In this document: one piece after another, positions 8,377 to 17,539 of the stretch
Layout: every line of letters begins with the position of its first letter
Position numbering within the stretch: the stretch's first letter is position 1
DNA from: a virus
Virus record (IMG/VR): IMGVR_UViG_3300030450_002944
Location: 17,308-81,307 of that record
Strand: one strand, 5' to 3'
Length of the DNA: 64,000 nucleotides
Translations under genes and position numbers: made by a program
The notes under the pieces: generated by a model
Database searches by the model: none
The model's input: the letters and a program-made list of their open reading frames with translations, nothing else
What the model was told of the DNA's origin: nothing

Positions 8377-8604
8377 TTAATCGTCAATGTTTGGTTGTTC
8401 CATTCTTGCGATATGGTTATCCACAATGTACCCTGAATATATTTCATCAGAGAGAATGAAAATCTGTTTCCAGAATAACCCTGATTGAGTATCAAGAAAA
8501 TCTTCATCTTCTTTAACACCTGATTTAATAATCGCTAATGCTAAATCGTTGTATCCCTGTGCTATTGCTTGTTCTTTATCTAATCCATTATAATCTGTAG
8601 CCAT
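8377..8604 (-). CDS. Small hypothetical protein
   Basis: AAGGAG RBS; followed by hairpin 8334-8365. Confidence 0.75.
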   Translation of the reverse strand: MATDYNGLDKEQAIAQGYNDLALAIIKSGVKEDEDFLDTQSGLFWKQIFILSDEIYSGYIVDNHIARMEQPNIDD

Positions 8605-8712
8605 TTTTTAAATCTCCTTTGATTTAATTTATTTATTTATTTAACCTATAATTATTGTCTCATGGATTTGATTTTTTTACAACCCCCATGATATATCCTA
8701 TAACTCCTCTGC

Positions 8713-8937
8713 TTATTCGTACACCTCCCCTAATAAGTCGCCGTCTGCTTCTTGAGGTGTATCAAAATCTACAACCTCATAATTTTCTATGGCGTGTTTC
8801 TGTACTGTAGGTATGCCCTGATCCTCGCAAGCCTGCAACCTTTTTAAAGGCGTTTTGTAGCCGTCATCATCTGCCTGATACGCAGACTCCCAGTCCCAGT
8901 TCTCAGCCCAAAATTTTAAGTTCTCTAAGTTATCCAT
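8713..8937 (-). CDS. Small acidic hypothetical protein
   Basis: AAGGAG RBS; own TTGACA promoter. Confidence 0.75.
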   Translation of the reverse strand: MDNLENLKFWAENWDWESAYQADDDGYKTPLKRLQACEDQGIPTVQKHAIENYEVVDFDTPQEADGDLLGEVYE

Positions 8938-9073
8938 TTTTTCTCCTTAACTAAATTTAACTATACCTATAGTATATCACATATTCAAAACTTGTCAACC
9001 CTGTGCCACTCGGCTCAACTAGGGATATATCACATAACTCCACTTCAGCCGAAAAAAAACTGAAGTGAGTATA

Positions 9074-9217
9074 TTAATCGTTCTGAAAATATTCAATCAT
9101 AAGTTTAAAGTGTTCCCTATCTAGTTTTTCAACTGGGACATGTTGCAATAATTCCATTAACATATTAACAATAGTATTTAATTTTATATCTATTCGTTCT
9201 AAGTCTAATTTATCCAT
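9074..9217 (-). CDS. Small hypothetical protein (47 aa)
   Basis: Read manually: MDKLDLERIDIKLNTIVNML...; AAGGAG RBS; followed by hairpin 9041-9067. Confidence 0.6.
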   Translation of the reverse strand: MDKLDLERIDIKLNTIVNMLMELLQHVPVEKLDREHFKLMIEYFQND

Positions 9218-9409
9218 TTTATTATTTCTCCTTTAGTTGTTTATTGTTTTAATTTAATTTTTTATTTATTTTTTATTTCTCCCTTCTACTTAATATTACG
9301 TGTAATAAAGGGTAAAAAACGTCAGAGAAACATCAGAAAAACGTCAGAGTTTTTTATATTCAAAAAACAAACTGAAGTAAGTATATTAAGATTATGTATA
9401 ATAAAATTT

Positions 9410-9640
9410 TCATTTTAAATCTCCTATAATAATTTGAAAATCCATATTCCCAGAGTTCTCATCACCTCCCACAATAGTGATGAAATCCTTTTGAGAAGGA
9501 TCATCAATATCAAAATAGTGTGACTCCACCCAGTAGCAGTAACCACACATAACCACTTCATCACCATCTACATCAACCACCAATCCCCAAGATGCTATTT
9601 GGTTTATTATTAAGTTGCAGAAGTTACATTCTTTATTCAT
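9410..9640 (-). CDS. Small Zn-binding hypothetical protein
   Basis: CNFC...CGYC; AAGGAG RBS. Confidence 0.7.
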   Translation of the reverse strand: MNKECNFCNLIINQIASWGLVVDVDGDEVVMCGYCYWVESHYFDIDDPSQKDFITIVGGDENSGNMDFQIIIGDLK

Positions 9641-9817
9641 TTTTTTAAATCTCCTTTATTTGTTTTTTGGGCATAGTATCCCGTATTTATAATATTAGCA
9701 CATTTGGGGTCAAAAGGAGTTATATGATATATCCCGTACCACTCCCATTTATTTACCTCAGCCGTAAACGAACTGGAGTAAATAAATTAAAATGATATAT
9801 AATAAAATTTTCATCAG

Positions 9818-10018
9818 TTACGCCTTTCTATCTACAATTGTTGCTGAATATTTTCTACTCATTAAAAATAATTTAGAACCATTAGGGCTAGTTATTTCCA
9901 AATCTCCAAAATCATCATAATCATCTTTATCAACTGACTTTTCTATCGCTTCTTTTTTTGATTTAGCCACAACCGTTTTGTAAGCAATCTGGGTTTCTTT
10001 GATTAAGTATTCTTTCAT
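9818..10018 (-). CDS. Small hypothetical protein (V.AKS..EA.E. motif)
   Basis: AAGGAG RBS; motif common in small phage proteins. Confidence 0.7.
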   Translation of the reverse strand: MKEYLIKETQIAYKTVVAKSKKEAIEKSVDKDDYDDFGDLEITSPNGSKLFLMSRKYSATIVDRKA

Positions 10019-10193
10019 TTTTTTCTCCTTTTGTTATTTAACCTTATATAGATATTTTACAATACCACCCCCCTTATTGCAACCCCTTTGGAGTTATATG
10101 ATATATCCTTTGTATTTTTATTATTTACAATGTGGCTTACATGTAATAGAATAATATTAGATTAAATAAATAAGTAAACCGAAAGGCGAAAAA

Positions 10194-10622
10194 ATGACTA
10201 AACAAGAAATTAAAGCGTGGGTGAAATTACAAGATAATATCAACATGCAAAAAACATTTGATACTATCACTACTAACTTACGCCCACTAGATAAAGAAAT
10301 CCTTAGTAGATTTATTATAGAAAAGGACACTATAAAAAATATTACTGAATGGCTAAATTCAGAATTAGGTCTAAATTTAACTACTTTTAAAACTTCCAAA
10401 ATTATTAAGACAATTCAAAGATACTTAGTAGCTTTATATCATGACACACCACATCATATTAGAGATGCCCGAAAAATGGGAATGTCTGTTACAAGATTCG
10501 TACCTACAACCAATGCTCCCGCTACTCCACATATAATAGTGGAGCAGAAAAAATACATTGGGGACATCTGTATTTCTAGAACTATCAACATCAAAAGAAG
10601 CAAGAGCGGTTATTGGAAGTAA
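10194..10622 (+). CDS. Putative HTH DNA-binding protein (sigma region-4-like N-terminal half)
   Basis: LRPLDKEILSRFIIEKDTIKNITEWL...TTFKTSKIIKTIQRYL resembles a sigma70 region 4 HTH; divergent from the box array. Confidence 0.45.
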   Translation: MTKQEIKAWVKLQDNINMQKTFDTITTNLRPLDKEILSRFIIEKDTIKNITEWLNSELGLNLTTFKTSKIIKTIQRYLVALYHDTPHHIRDARKMGMSVTRFVPTTNAPATPHIIVEQKKYIGDICISRTINIKRSKSGYWK

Positions 10623-10633
10623 TTATTACTTAC

Positions 10634-10668
10634 TCCCCTTGTCAGAATAGATGAGGGGAATTTTCTTT
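10634..10668 (+). terminator. Intrinsic terminator
   Basis: TCCCCT...AGGGGA stem followed by a T-rich tract. Confidence 0.55.
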
Positions 10669-11051
10669 CCCTTCTCCAATCCTCAGAGATACACGCCACT
10701 ATGACACGCTAAGAAATAGACGATATGATACATTCCCTATCATAAATGTTATTGTTTTGAACTAATAAAAGTTGAGTCGCTCCATATCAAGAAGCCTGAT
10801 ATAATAACCCCCTATTGTACTATATAACCCCCTTAAGGTTAACCAATAAAGGTAGGGTTAGCTACAGAGAGTACTTTTTTTAAAAATGAATGTTTCCAAA
10901 ATGTTACATAGATGAAGGGTGGGGGGTACTAGATTTTGGCGATAGGTATAGGGTCCCATACACTAGGCTAAATTTTTTCAGAAAAAAATCTGAGAAAAAC
11001 GGCGTTTCGCTTATGGCTAGGTTGGCGTTAACGCTATTCTTTGCTATTCTA

Positions 11052-11195
11052 TTATACTTGAGCTAAATAGTAAACTACTAATTCCTGTGATGGCTGATAC
11101 TTAGGATAGTAGTAGTCGTCTTCTAGATGTAGAATTCTATTTAGACTATACGTTCTAGTATCCTTTGAAAATAGTGAACGAAAAAACTTGGTCAT
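11052..11195 (-). CDS. Small hypothetical protein (47 aa)
   Basis: Read manually: MTKFFRSLFSKDTR...; GGAGG RBS; minus-strand TTGCAA-N18-TATAAT promoter. Confidence 0.6.
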   Translation of the reverse strand: MTKFFRSLFSKDTRTYSLNRILHLEDDYYYPKYQPSQELVVYYLAQV

Positions 11196-11290
11196 TTAAT
11201 CCTCCTTTACTAAGTCTTCCTTTATATTATATCATATTTGGGGTAGTAATTGCAAGTCTTTTATTAAATATGTGTTACAAAAAGAAGGGG

Positions 11291-11320
11291 TTGACTCGGC
11301 TTATTGAAATATGCTATAAT
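11291..11320 (+). promoter_or_regulatory. sigma70-type promoter
   Basis: TTGACT-N18-TATAAT. Confidence 0.8.
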
Positions 11321-11379
11321 ATATAAATAGTATATATAATAATATATAATAGTATAGAATAGATAAGAAAGAGAATAAT

Positions 11380-11538
11380 ATGAATAATAATATAGAATTT
11401 AATGTTTTAGAGTATAGGATACAGAAAACTTTAGATAACAGATTACCAAATGATACTATGTTTGATTATCTTGGTGTAGTAGAAGATGCTAGATATGAAG
11501 ATTTTTATGATGGCTATAATTTAATAGAACGTGGATAA
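11380..11538 (+). CDS. Small hypothetical protein (52 aa)
   Basis: Read manually: MNNNIEFNVLEYRIQK... Confidence 0.5.
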   Translation: MNNNIEFNVLEYRIQKTLDNRLPNDTMFDYLGVVEDARYEDFYDGYNLIERG

Positions 11539-11614
11539 TATGTATTTAGCTGTATAATAGTATATGGTTAGGGGAACATTAATTCTGTTTTTAATAAGTG
11601 TCTGTGTATTATCA

Positions 11615-11766
11615 TTACCAGACGTAATAAACTTGCAGCGACATTCAGATGATTTTATACAAATGGGATGGAGTCGTATAAAACGTGATATATTTCGTGA
11701 GTCGCCTGCGGCTCCTCAAAAATATGTGGGGTTGCCGCCGCCCATCGAAAGAACTATATCTGGTGA
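11615..11766 (+). ncRNA. Candidate structured RNA with possible pseudoknot
   Basis: GC-rich island with nested helices, downstream of the GGAWW-N14-GTATAATAGTA motif. Confidence 0.55.
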
Positions 11767-11799
11767 TAGGAAATTCTGAAAAAGGGAGTATAATAGTAC

Positions 11800-12222
11800 A
11801 TGTATACATATAAATGCACAGTTACAAAAGTAATAGATGGAGACACTATTGATGTTGATATCCAATTAGGGTTTAATGTTATTCTATATAAACAAAGAAT
11901 AAGATTACATGGGATAGACACGCCAGAATCTAGAACTAGGAATTTGGAAGAAAAGGCTAGAGGATTACTTTCAAAAGATTTTATGAAGAAATTGGCTCCT
12001 GTCGGATCTTCCATTACTTTAAAGTCCTTAGAAAAAGGAAAATTTGGTAGGATATTAGGTATTATTTGGCAAGAAGGGGATGAATGGGAAACTGATTCTC
12101 CAATAAACGACTTAATGATTGAAAACTATCATGCAGTTCCATATACTGGACAAAACAAGAACGATGTAGAATCTTTACATGAAGCTAATAAACTCAAGCT
12201 AATTGAAAAGGGAATCTTGTAA
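11800..12222 (+). CDS. Thermonuclease (SNase-like) nuclease
   Basis: VIDGDT, RIRLHGIDTPE, GKFGRILG motifs. Confidence 0.9.
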   Translation: MYTYKCTVTKVIDGDTIDVDIQLGFNVILYKQRIRLHGIDTPESRTRNLEEKARGLLSKDFMKKLAPVGSSITLKSLEKGKFGRILGIIWQEGDEWETDSPINDLMIENYHAVPYTGQNKNDVESLHEANKLKLIEKGIL

Positions 12223-12223
12223 A

Positions 12224-15200
12224 ATGCCAGACATTGATGCAATGACAGAAAAGTTAATGAAGGATCCTGATTTTCAGGCTAAGATAGGTAAAACTAAGCG
12301 TGAAACTGCTCAAGAAGAGGCTACTCAAAGAGCACATCAACATAGAAAAAATTCTATGGCATTAGCATTAGGTAATGAGAGTAAGACTGCTGTAGAACAT
12401 TTAAGTGAATATGCTAAATTAGAGGCTCAACGAAAAGAGATTGATGAAATGGTTTTCGGTGTTCCTACTGAAGAAATTCGAGATAAGATGGCACGTCCTC
12501 TCAATGTGGTTGATATAGACATAAATGATCTTACTTTGAGTCCACCACCAGCTAATACAAGTACTCAGGTTAAAGAAGAATTAGAGACCATCATTGATAA
12601 ACATCTTCAAACAAAAGAAGATACAGATAATTTTGAATTTGAGATTGCAAAGCCTGCTGAAATACAAGATTTAGATATTTTAAAATCTTTCATTAAATTA
12701 GCTGAAGAATTGGGACTTAGTGATGATATTACTAAAAAGAAATTAGAAGTAATAAAAGATGATTCTGCTACTATTGTTTTAAATCTAAAATATTATTTCA
12801 ATAGACCTAGACCTGAACAATTAATGGACTATCATGGAGTAGATTTTAAACCTGCAGATTTCAAAACTTCTGATACTCCTGCTTATCCATCTGGACATGC
12901 CTTTCAAGGTACATTAATTGCATTGATTTTATCTGAAGTGTTTCCACAACATGCAGATTCGTTTATGAAACTTGGTGAATCTATTGGTGAGAATAGAGTA
13001 ATTTTCGGTGTTCATTATCCTTCAGACCACGCCGCTGGTATAGAATTAGCAAAACAGGTTTTTCCTTATGTAAATTTTGAGAAATTAGATTTTAAACCCA
13101 TTCCACAGGAATCCCAACCTTTAGAAAAAGACTTACCTAATATAGAAAAAGCTACAGGTATAGAAATTGCAGCTACAGGAGCAGCTCTAGCATCTGGAGG
13201 AATAGCATTATGGGATTTATATCAAGCTTTTAAGAAAAATAAAAAATTAAAGCAGGAAGATAAAGTAGAATTAAACGAAGCTTTAGAGGAAAATGAAGAT
13301 AGTTTAAAAGAAACAAAAATTGATATAAAAGAAGATGAATTACCAGATTTAGAAAATGCTGATAATGTAGATGAATTAATAAGTGGTGTAAAAAATCCAG
13401 ACAAAGCTGAACCAATTATTGAGAAAGTTAGGAAAAAAAGATGGGATTCTGGACTAAGTAAAGAAGACGCAGCTAAAATTAGAGCTGAACGTGAGGCTAA
13501 AAGAAAGGATGCTGCTACTCCTTTACCTAAAATTGGAGAAGGTGTAGAAGAACCAAAAGGTGAAGAACCTAAAAAAGTAGACGCTGAAAAGAAAGAGTCT
13601 GAACAAGTAGAGGAGAAGAAAGAGCCTCGAAAAATTCCTTTAGATATCCATAGTAAAAAAACTCTTATTGATAACATTGGTAAATTAGTAAATCATATTC
13701 CTACTCATAGAGGAAAAAATGATAGTGATACTTCTAGAGGAAAATTTAATGCTTCTCAAATAAATCCAGATACATCATCTTTAGATCCTGTAGTACATCA
13801 ATCATTTGAAAATTGGAGTACCCGAAACCCAGAAGATTTACATGATCATTTAAATTCCCTATCTGAAGAGAAATTAAGAGCTATAGCTTCAGCGTTAGGA
13901 GAACAAGCTAACCAAGTCGCTCCGGGTAGTGAATTGAATCCAGTAGGTTCATCAACAAGATTAGGTATTTTAGGTAGAATGCTTAGAGACGATAAATCAG
14001 GTAAAAAAGAAATAGAAGGTGTATCTAATAAGGATTACCAAACAGCTTTAAGAGATTCTTTAAGTAGAGCTGTAAATTCTAATCACGATATAACAGTTCC
14101 GGGTGGTGAAGAAGAAATTGTAGAAGCTGCTAATGAGAATTTAGAAGAAGAAACAAGACCTTCACCTGAAGAAGAGGCTAGAAGAAAATATGAAGCGGAA
14201 CAAAAAGCAAAACGAGATGCTGAAGAGGCAGATAAAAAAGAAGAGGAATCTAAAGATAAAAAAACAGGGGGTCCTTCTCCTTTTGCAGTAGAAGAAGAGA
14301 GTAAACCAATTAATTTAGATGAAGCTGATTTAGGTAAGATTAAACTTGGTGACTCTAAAGAACTTACTAATTTAAATGGTTATCTATCAGATGCTAAATA
14401 TGGTGGAATAAAAGGTCAAGAATTTACTAATGAAGATGGTACAGTAAAATCAAGATACATGCATGGTTTACAAGAATATATTAAAAAGAATCCTACTTCA
14501 GCTAAAATTGGTACTGATGGTTCAGTAGAGTTTGATCCTGAATACATAGGTAATTTAACAAAACACTTCTCAGAAAACCATGATGATGCTGCTATGAGTA
14601 GATTATGGGAGAAAAACTATAGACATAAAGGAGCAAGTGATACATCTTCTATTGGATATGGTGATTATTCTCCATCAAAAGAAGCAAGAGGGGCTATACT
14701 TTCTAGAAAAGAAAAAATGGATAAAGTTATGGAACAACAATTTGGAGAAGATTGGGAAGATTCTAATGACTTTGATGTGAGAGCTGAAAGAGAACATCTT
14801 CAATCAATGGATTCAAAAACATTTAATAAACATTTTGATACTGCATATTTAAAACCATTGAGATCTCAGAGACAAAAAGATAGGACTGCAGGTATAAAAG
14901 CAGAGACCCCCAAAGATCCTAATAAAGAACGATGGAATTTAAAGGATTCTAGTCCTGATGAAGCCTATGAAAAAGCTAAAGAAATGATAGCTCATTCACT
15001 TGAACATAGTGAAGAACATGGTGGAAAAGGTTTAGACGAAAAGACTGTTTCTCATATGAATAAACAACTATCAGCTGCTCGTAAAGCAATGGGAGCTGAT
15101 AATATTAAAAAACTTAACCAAGAAATCAAAGATGGTAGTATCCAACCTACTAAAGCTGAAGAGCCTAAAGAGGATAAAGATTACGAAGGATCAGATATTC

Positions 15201-15898
15201 CAGATGAAGCAAGAGGATATGGAGATGCTCCTGAAGGTGTTAAGACATATAAAGGACCATCAGGTGGAGTATTTTATGATAAGAGGGAAGCAAAAAAGAA
15301 AGATAGTGAAGGTGGGGGTGACGGAACATCTGATTCTGGTGATACGGGAGACTCAGGTGAAAAAATGCCTCCACCATCTATACCAGAAGATTCTAAAATA
15401 TCTTCAGATGAACCTGTTGGAGATAAAGCATCTGCATGGGGAGATAAAATCGGATCTGCTGTAAGTGCTTTAGGTAGACTTACTGGAAAAGCAGGTAAAG
15501 AAGATAGAAAAAAATTAATAGCTGATGCGGCTAAGACATTTAAAGAAGCTGGTAAAGCAGTTGGAAAAGAAGGTAAAAGAGCTTTTAATGAAATTGGATC
15601 AGCAATGGCTGAAGAAATAGCTAGATCTAGAGGTTATGGTGAGGCTCAAGCCAAAAATGCTAAACTTAAATATCAATTACAAGCTGCTGCCAGAGGTATT
15701 CCAATAGCAGGTAAAATAATTCCTAAAACTGAAGGATATAAAGGAGAATCAAAGGCTGGAGTCAGAGGGGCAAAACAAGAAACAAGAGCTAAAGAACAAG
15801 CAGCTTATGAGAAATTAACCTATGGAGACAAAGTAGATTTTGAAGTTTCTAAGAGTAATTTAAAAAAACTACAGGATTTTACTAAAAATAGAGTATAA
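12224..15898 (+). CDS. Large low-complexity protein with PAP2/haloperoxidase-like phosphatase domain; probably head-associated
   Basis: KYYFNRPRP, AYPSGHA, RVIFGVHYPSD motifs; ATG at 12224 follows the upstream stop (track start 12203). Confidence 0.75.
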   Translation: MPDIDAMTEKLMKDPDFQAKIGKTKRETAQEEATQRAHQHRKNSMALALGNESKTAVEHLSEYAKLEAQRKEIDEMVFGVPTEEIRDKMARPLNVVDIDINDLTLSPPPANTSTQVKEELETIIDKHLQTKEDTDNFEFEIAKPAEIQDLDILKSFIKLAEELGLSDDITKKKLEVIKDDSATIVLNLKYYFNRPRPEQLMDYHGVDFKPADFKTSDTPAYPSGHAFQGTLIALILSEVFPQHADSFMKLGESIGENRVIFGVHYPSDHAAGIELAKQVFPYVNFEKLDFKPIPQESQPLEKDLPNIEKATGIEIAATGAALASGGIALWDLYQAFKKNKKLKQEDKVELNEALEENEDSLKETKIDIKEDELPDLENADNVDELISGVKNPDKAEPIIEKVRKKRWDSGLSKEDAAKIRAEREAKRKDAATPLPKIGEGVEEPKGEEPKKVDAEKKESEQVEEKKEPRKIPLDIHSKKTLIDNIGKLVNHIPTHRGKNDSDTSRGKFNASQINPDTSSLDPVVHQSFENWSTRNPEDLHDHLNSLSEEKLRAIASALGEQANQVAPGSELNPVGSSTRLGILGRMLRDDKSGKKEIEGVSNKDYQTALRDSLSRAVNSNHDITVPGGEEEIVEAANENLEEETRPSPEEEARRKYEAEQKAKRDAEEADKKEEESKDKKTGGPSPFAVEEESKPINLDEADLGKIKLGDSKELTNLNGYLSDAKYGGIKGQEFTNEDGTVKSRYMHGLQEYIKKNPTSAKIGTDGSVEFDPEYIGNLTKHFSENHDDAAMSRLWEKNYRHKGASDTSSIGYGDYSPSKEARGAILSRKEKMDKVMEQQFGEDWEDSNDFDVRAEREHLQSMDSKTFNKHFDTAYLKPLRSQRQKDRTAGIKAETPKDPNKERWNLKDSSPDEAYEKAKEMIAHSLEHSEEHGGKGLDEKTVSHMNKQLSAARKAMGADNIKKLNQEIKDGSIQPTKAEEPKEDKDYEGSDIPDEARGYGDAPEGVKTYKGPSGGVFYDKREAKKKDSEGGGDGTSDSGDTGDSGEKMPPPSIPEDSKISSDEPVGDKASAWGDKIGSAVSALGRLTGKAGKEDRKKLIADAAKTFKEAGKAVGKEGKRAFNEIGSAMAEEIARSRGYGEAQAKNAKLKYQLQAAARGIPIAGKIIPKTEGYKGESKAGVRGAKQETRAKEQAAYEKLTYGDKVDFEVSKSNLKKLQDFTKNRV

Positions 15899-15904
15899 TA
15901 TATT

Positions 15905-17527
15905 ATGGACATACTAAAACGGTTAGCAAAACTTACATTAAAAAAGGCTCAGAGGGTTAGAGACCCTTGGGCTGTCGCTACGTCTATGACTGAAGGTAAC
16001 AATAAGAAGAATAATCCGGGTGGTACTCCAAAAGGAGCTATTGTTGAAGGTATAAAAAGAAATGAATGGAACTCACCAGAAGGTTTAGATGGAGCAATGG
16101 AGCGACATGGGGAACATCATGGAACAAGTTCAGAACGAAAAAAAGGACACTCTTACGATAGAGACTATAAAGAGGGTCAGAAGTATGATTCATCTAAAAG
16201 AAATACAGATGCTGTAACCCCAGAAGAAAAAAAGAAGACTAAAGAAGAATATGCAGCTAGAAAACCTGTAACTGAAACAGAGATGAGTCAAGAAACTGCT
16301 TTAAGAGAGGCAGTAGATTCAATAAAAGACGAATTAAAGACCAGTCAAAAAGATAGAACCTTCGTATATTCTCAAATTAGAGATGCTTTAGCTAAAATTA
16401 CTGGTGATAGTAAAGCAGAAACTGATAAAGATATTAAAGATAAACTTACTCCTGAAGAACAGGAGAAAATTAAAGATGAACCTCCTATAAAAGATGTAGT
16501 CGAAAAGGTCCCAGAACCGAAAGAAGGAGACACTATATCAAAAATAAATTCAAAGGTTAATGAAGGTAATATTAACCAAATACGACAACAGGTTGAATCG
16601 GAAGTAAAAAGTGTTTTATCAGTTAAAAGAGAAGGTAAAAAACCTGATATTGCAGATGCTAAAAATAAAGTACAAAATGCTCTTGATGCATACAGTAGTA
16701 AAGCAACTGATTTATCAGTTGGATATGGGGGTGAATCCGAGGTTAAAGATGCTGCCAAGAAAATAGATTCTGCTTTAAAAGACTTAAATAATTTCAAAGT
16801 TGAAAAATCTACATCATCTTCTAGAAGATTACTTAATATATTAAAAGAAACAACTACTGTAAATAATGACCAACTTGAAAAAGATCTTATATCAGCTCTA
16901 AGTCAAGCAATGAAAAAACATTCAGATGGATTTAAAGTACCTACTGGTAACAATGAAATTTTAAAAAATATTAGAAAACAATATGTTAAAAAAGGTATAG
17001 GAAGTGCTTTACTAGCTATGCTAGCAGGGTATGCTCTAACACCTAAAGTAAGTTCGGGTGAGATGACACCAGCTCAACAAAGACAATGGGAGAGAACTCT
17101 CGCAAATCAAATGAGAAAAAAGAATATAGACATCGACTCGGACACATTTAAAGCCCTACAAAATTTCTATAAAGATCAATCAGATACTTATACTAGAAAA
17201 AAACCAGCTAAAAATGGTGTAAATATTGAAAAGATATTAACTTCTCCACCATTTCAAGGAGCAGAATTTGATCCAACTTCTCACAGATGGAAGAAAGCTG
17301 GACAAGTTTCAGCTCAAACTGGACAAGTAAATGTTGGAACTGGTGGTAAAAGAAGAATTAGAGGAGCTGGAACAGGAGCTGCTCAAAGATCTGTAGGTGG
17401 ACATAAACGAGGAATAGTAAGAGAAGCAAGAAGAGGAATTGGAGCAAGAGCTGCTAGAAGAAAATCTGATATTAAAAGTAGGTCTTCTAGAATTAAAGCG
17501 TATAAAAAATTAACACGAAAGAAATAG
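15905..17527 (+). CDS. Lys-rich probable internal head protein
   Basis: 540 aa, charged, repeated hydrophobic-x-K motifs. Confidence 0.55.
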   Translation: MDILKRLAKLTLKKAQRVRDPWAVATSMTEGNNKKNNPGGTPKGAIVEGIKRNEWNSPEGLDGAMERHGEHHGTSSERKKGHSYDRDYKEGQKYDSSKRNTDAVTPEEKKKTKEEYAARKPVTETEMSQETALREAVDSIKDELKTSQKDRTFVYSQIRDALAKITGDSKAETDKDIKDKLTPEEQEKIKDEPPIKDVVEKVPEPKEGDTISKINSKVNEGNINQIRQQVESEVKSVLSVKREGKKPDIADAKNKVQNALDAYSSKATDLSVGYGGESEVKDAAKKIDSALKDLNNFKVEKSTSSSRRLLNILKETTTVNNDQLEKDLISALSQAMKKHSDGFKVPTGNNEILKNIRKQYVKKGIGSALLAMLAGYALTPKVSSGEMTPAQQRQWERTLANQMRKKNIDIDSDTFKALQNFYKDQSDTYTRKKPAKNGVNIEKILTSPPFQGAEFDPTSHRWKKAGQVSAQTGQVNVGTGGKRRIRGAGTGAAQRSVGGHKRGIVREARRGIGARAARRKSDIKSRSSRIKAYKKLTRKK

Positions 17528-17539
17528 GAGATTATTATT

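Larger units (their letters stand above)
4293..10107. repeat. Dispersed 18-bp box GATATATC(A/C)(T/C)ATAACTCC, 12 copies
   Basis: Copies start at 4293(rev), 4999, 5720, 6221, 6927, 7300, 7737, 8320, 8690, 9024, 9716(rev), 10090(rev); all intergenic. Confidence 0.95.

Noticed and set aside
4293-10107. 18-bp repeats as a CRISPR or guide-RNA array
   Set aside because: Spacing is 334-721 bp and irregular, spacers contain promoters and genes, orientation varies, and there is no cas operon.
4293-10107. Box as a canonical dif/Xer or attC site
   Set aside because: There is only loose resemblance (TATATCATATAACT; CGCATAA in the variants). It lacks the 11-6-11 two-arm layout and attC hairpin, and no recognisable recombinase gene is in the window.
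11564-11779. 71-aa ORF as a real protein
   Set aside because: It has no RBS and atypical GC and codon use; nested helices explain the region better, although leaderless translation is not excluded.
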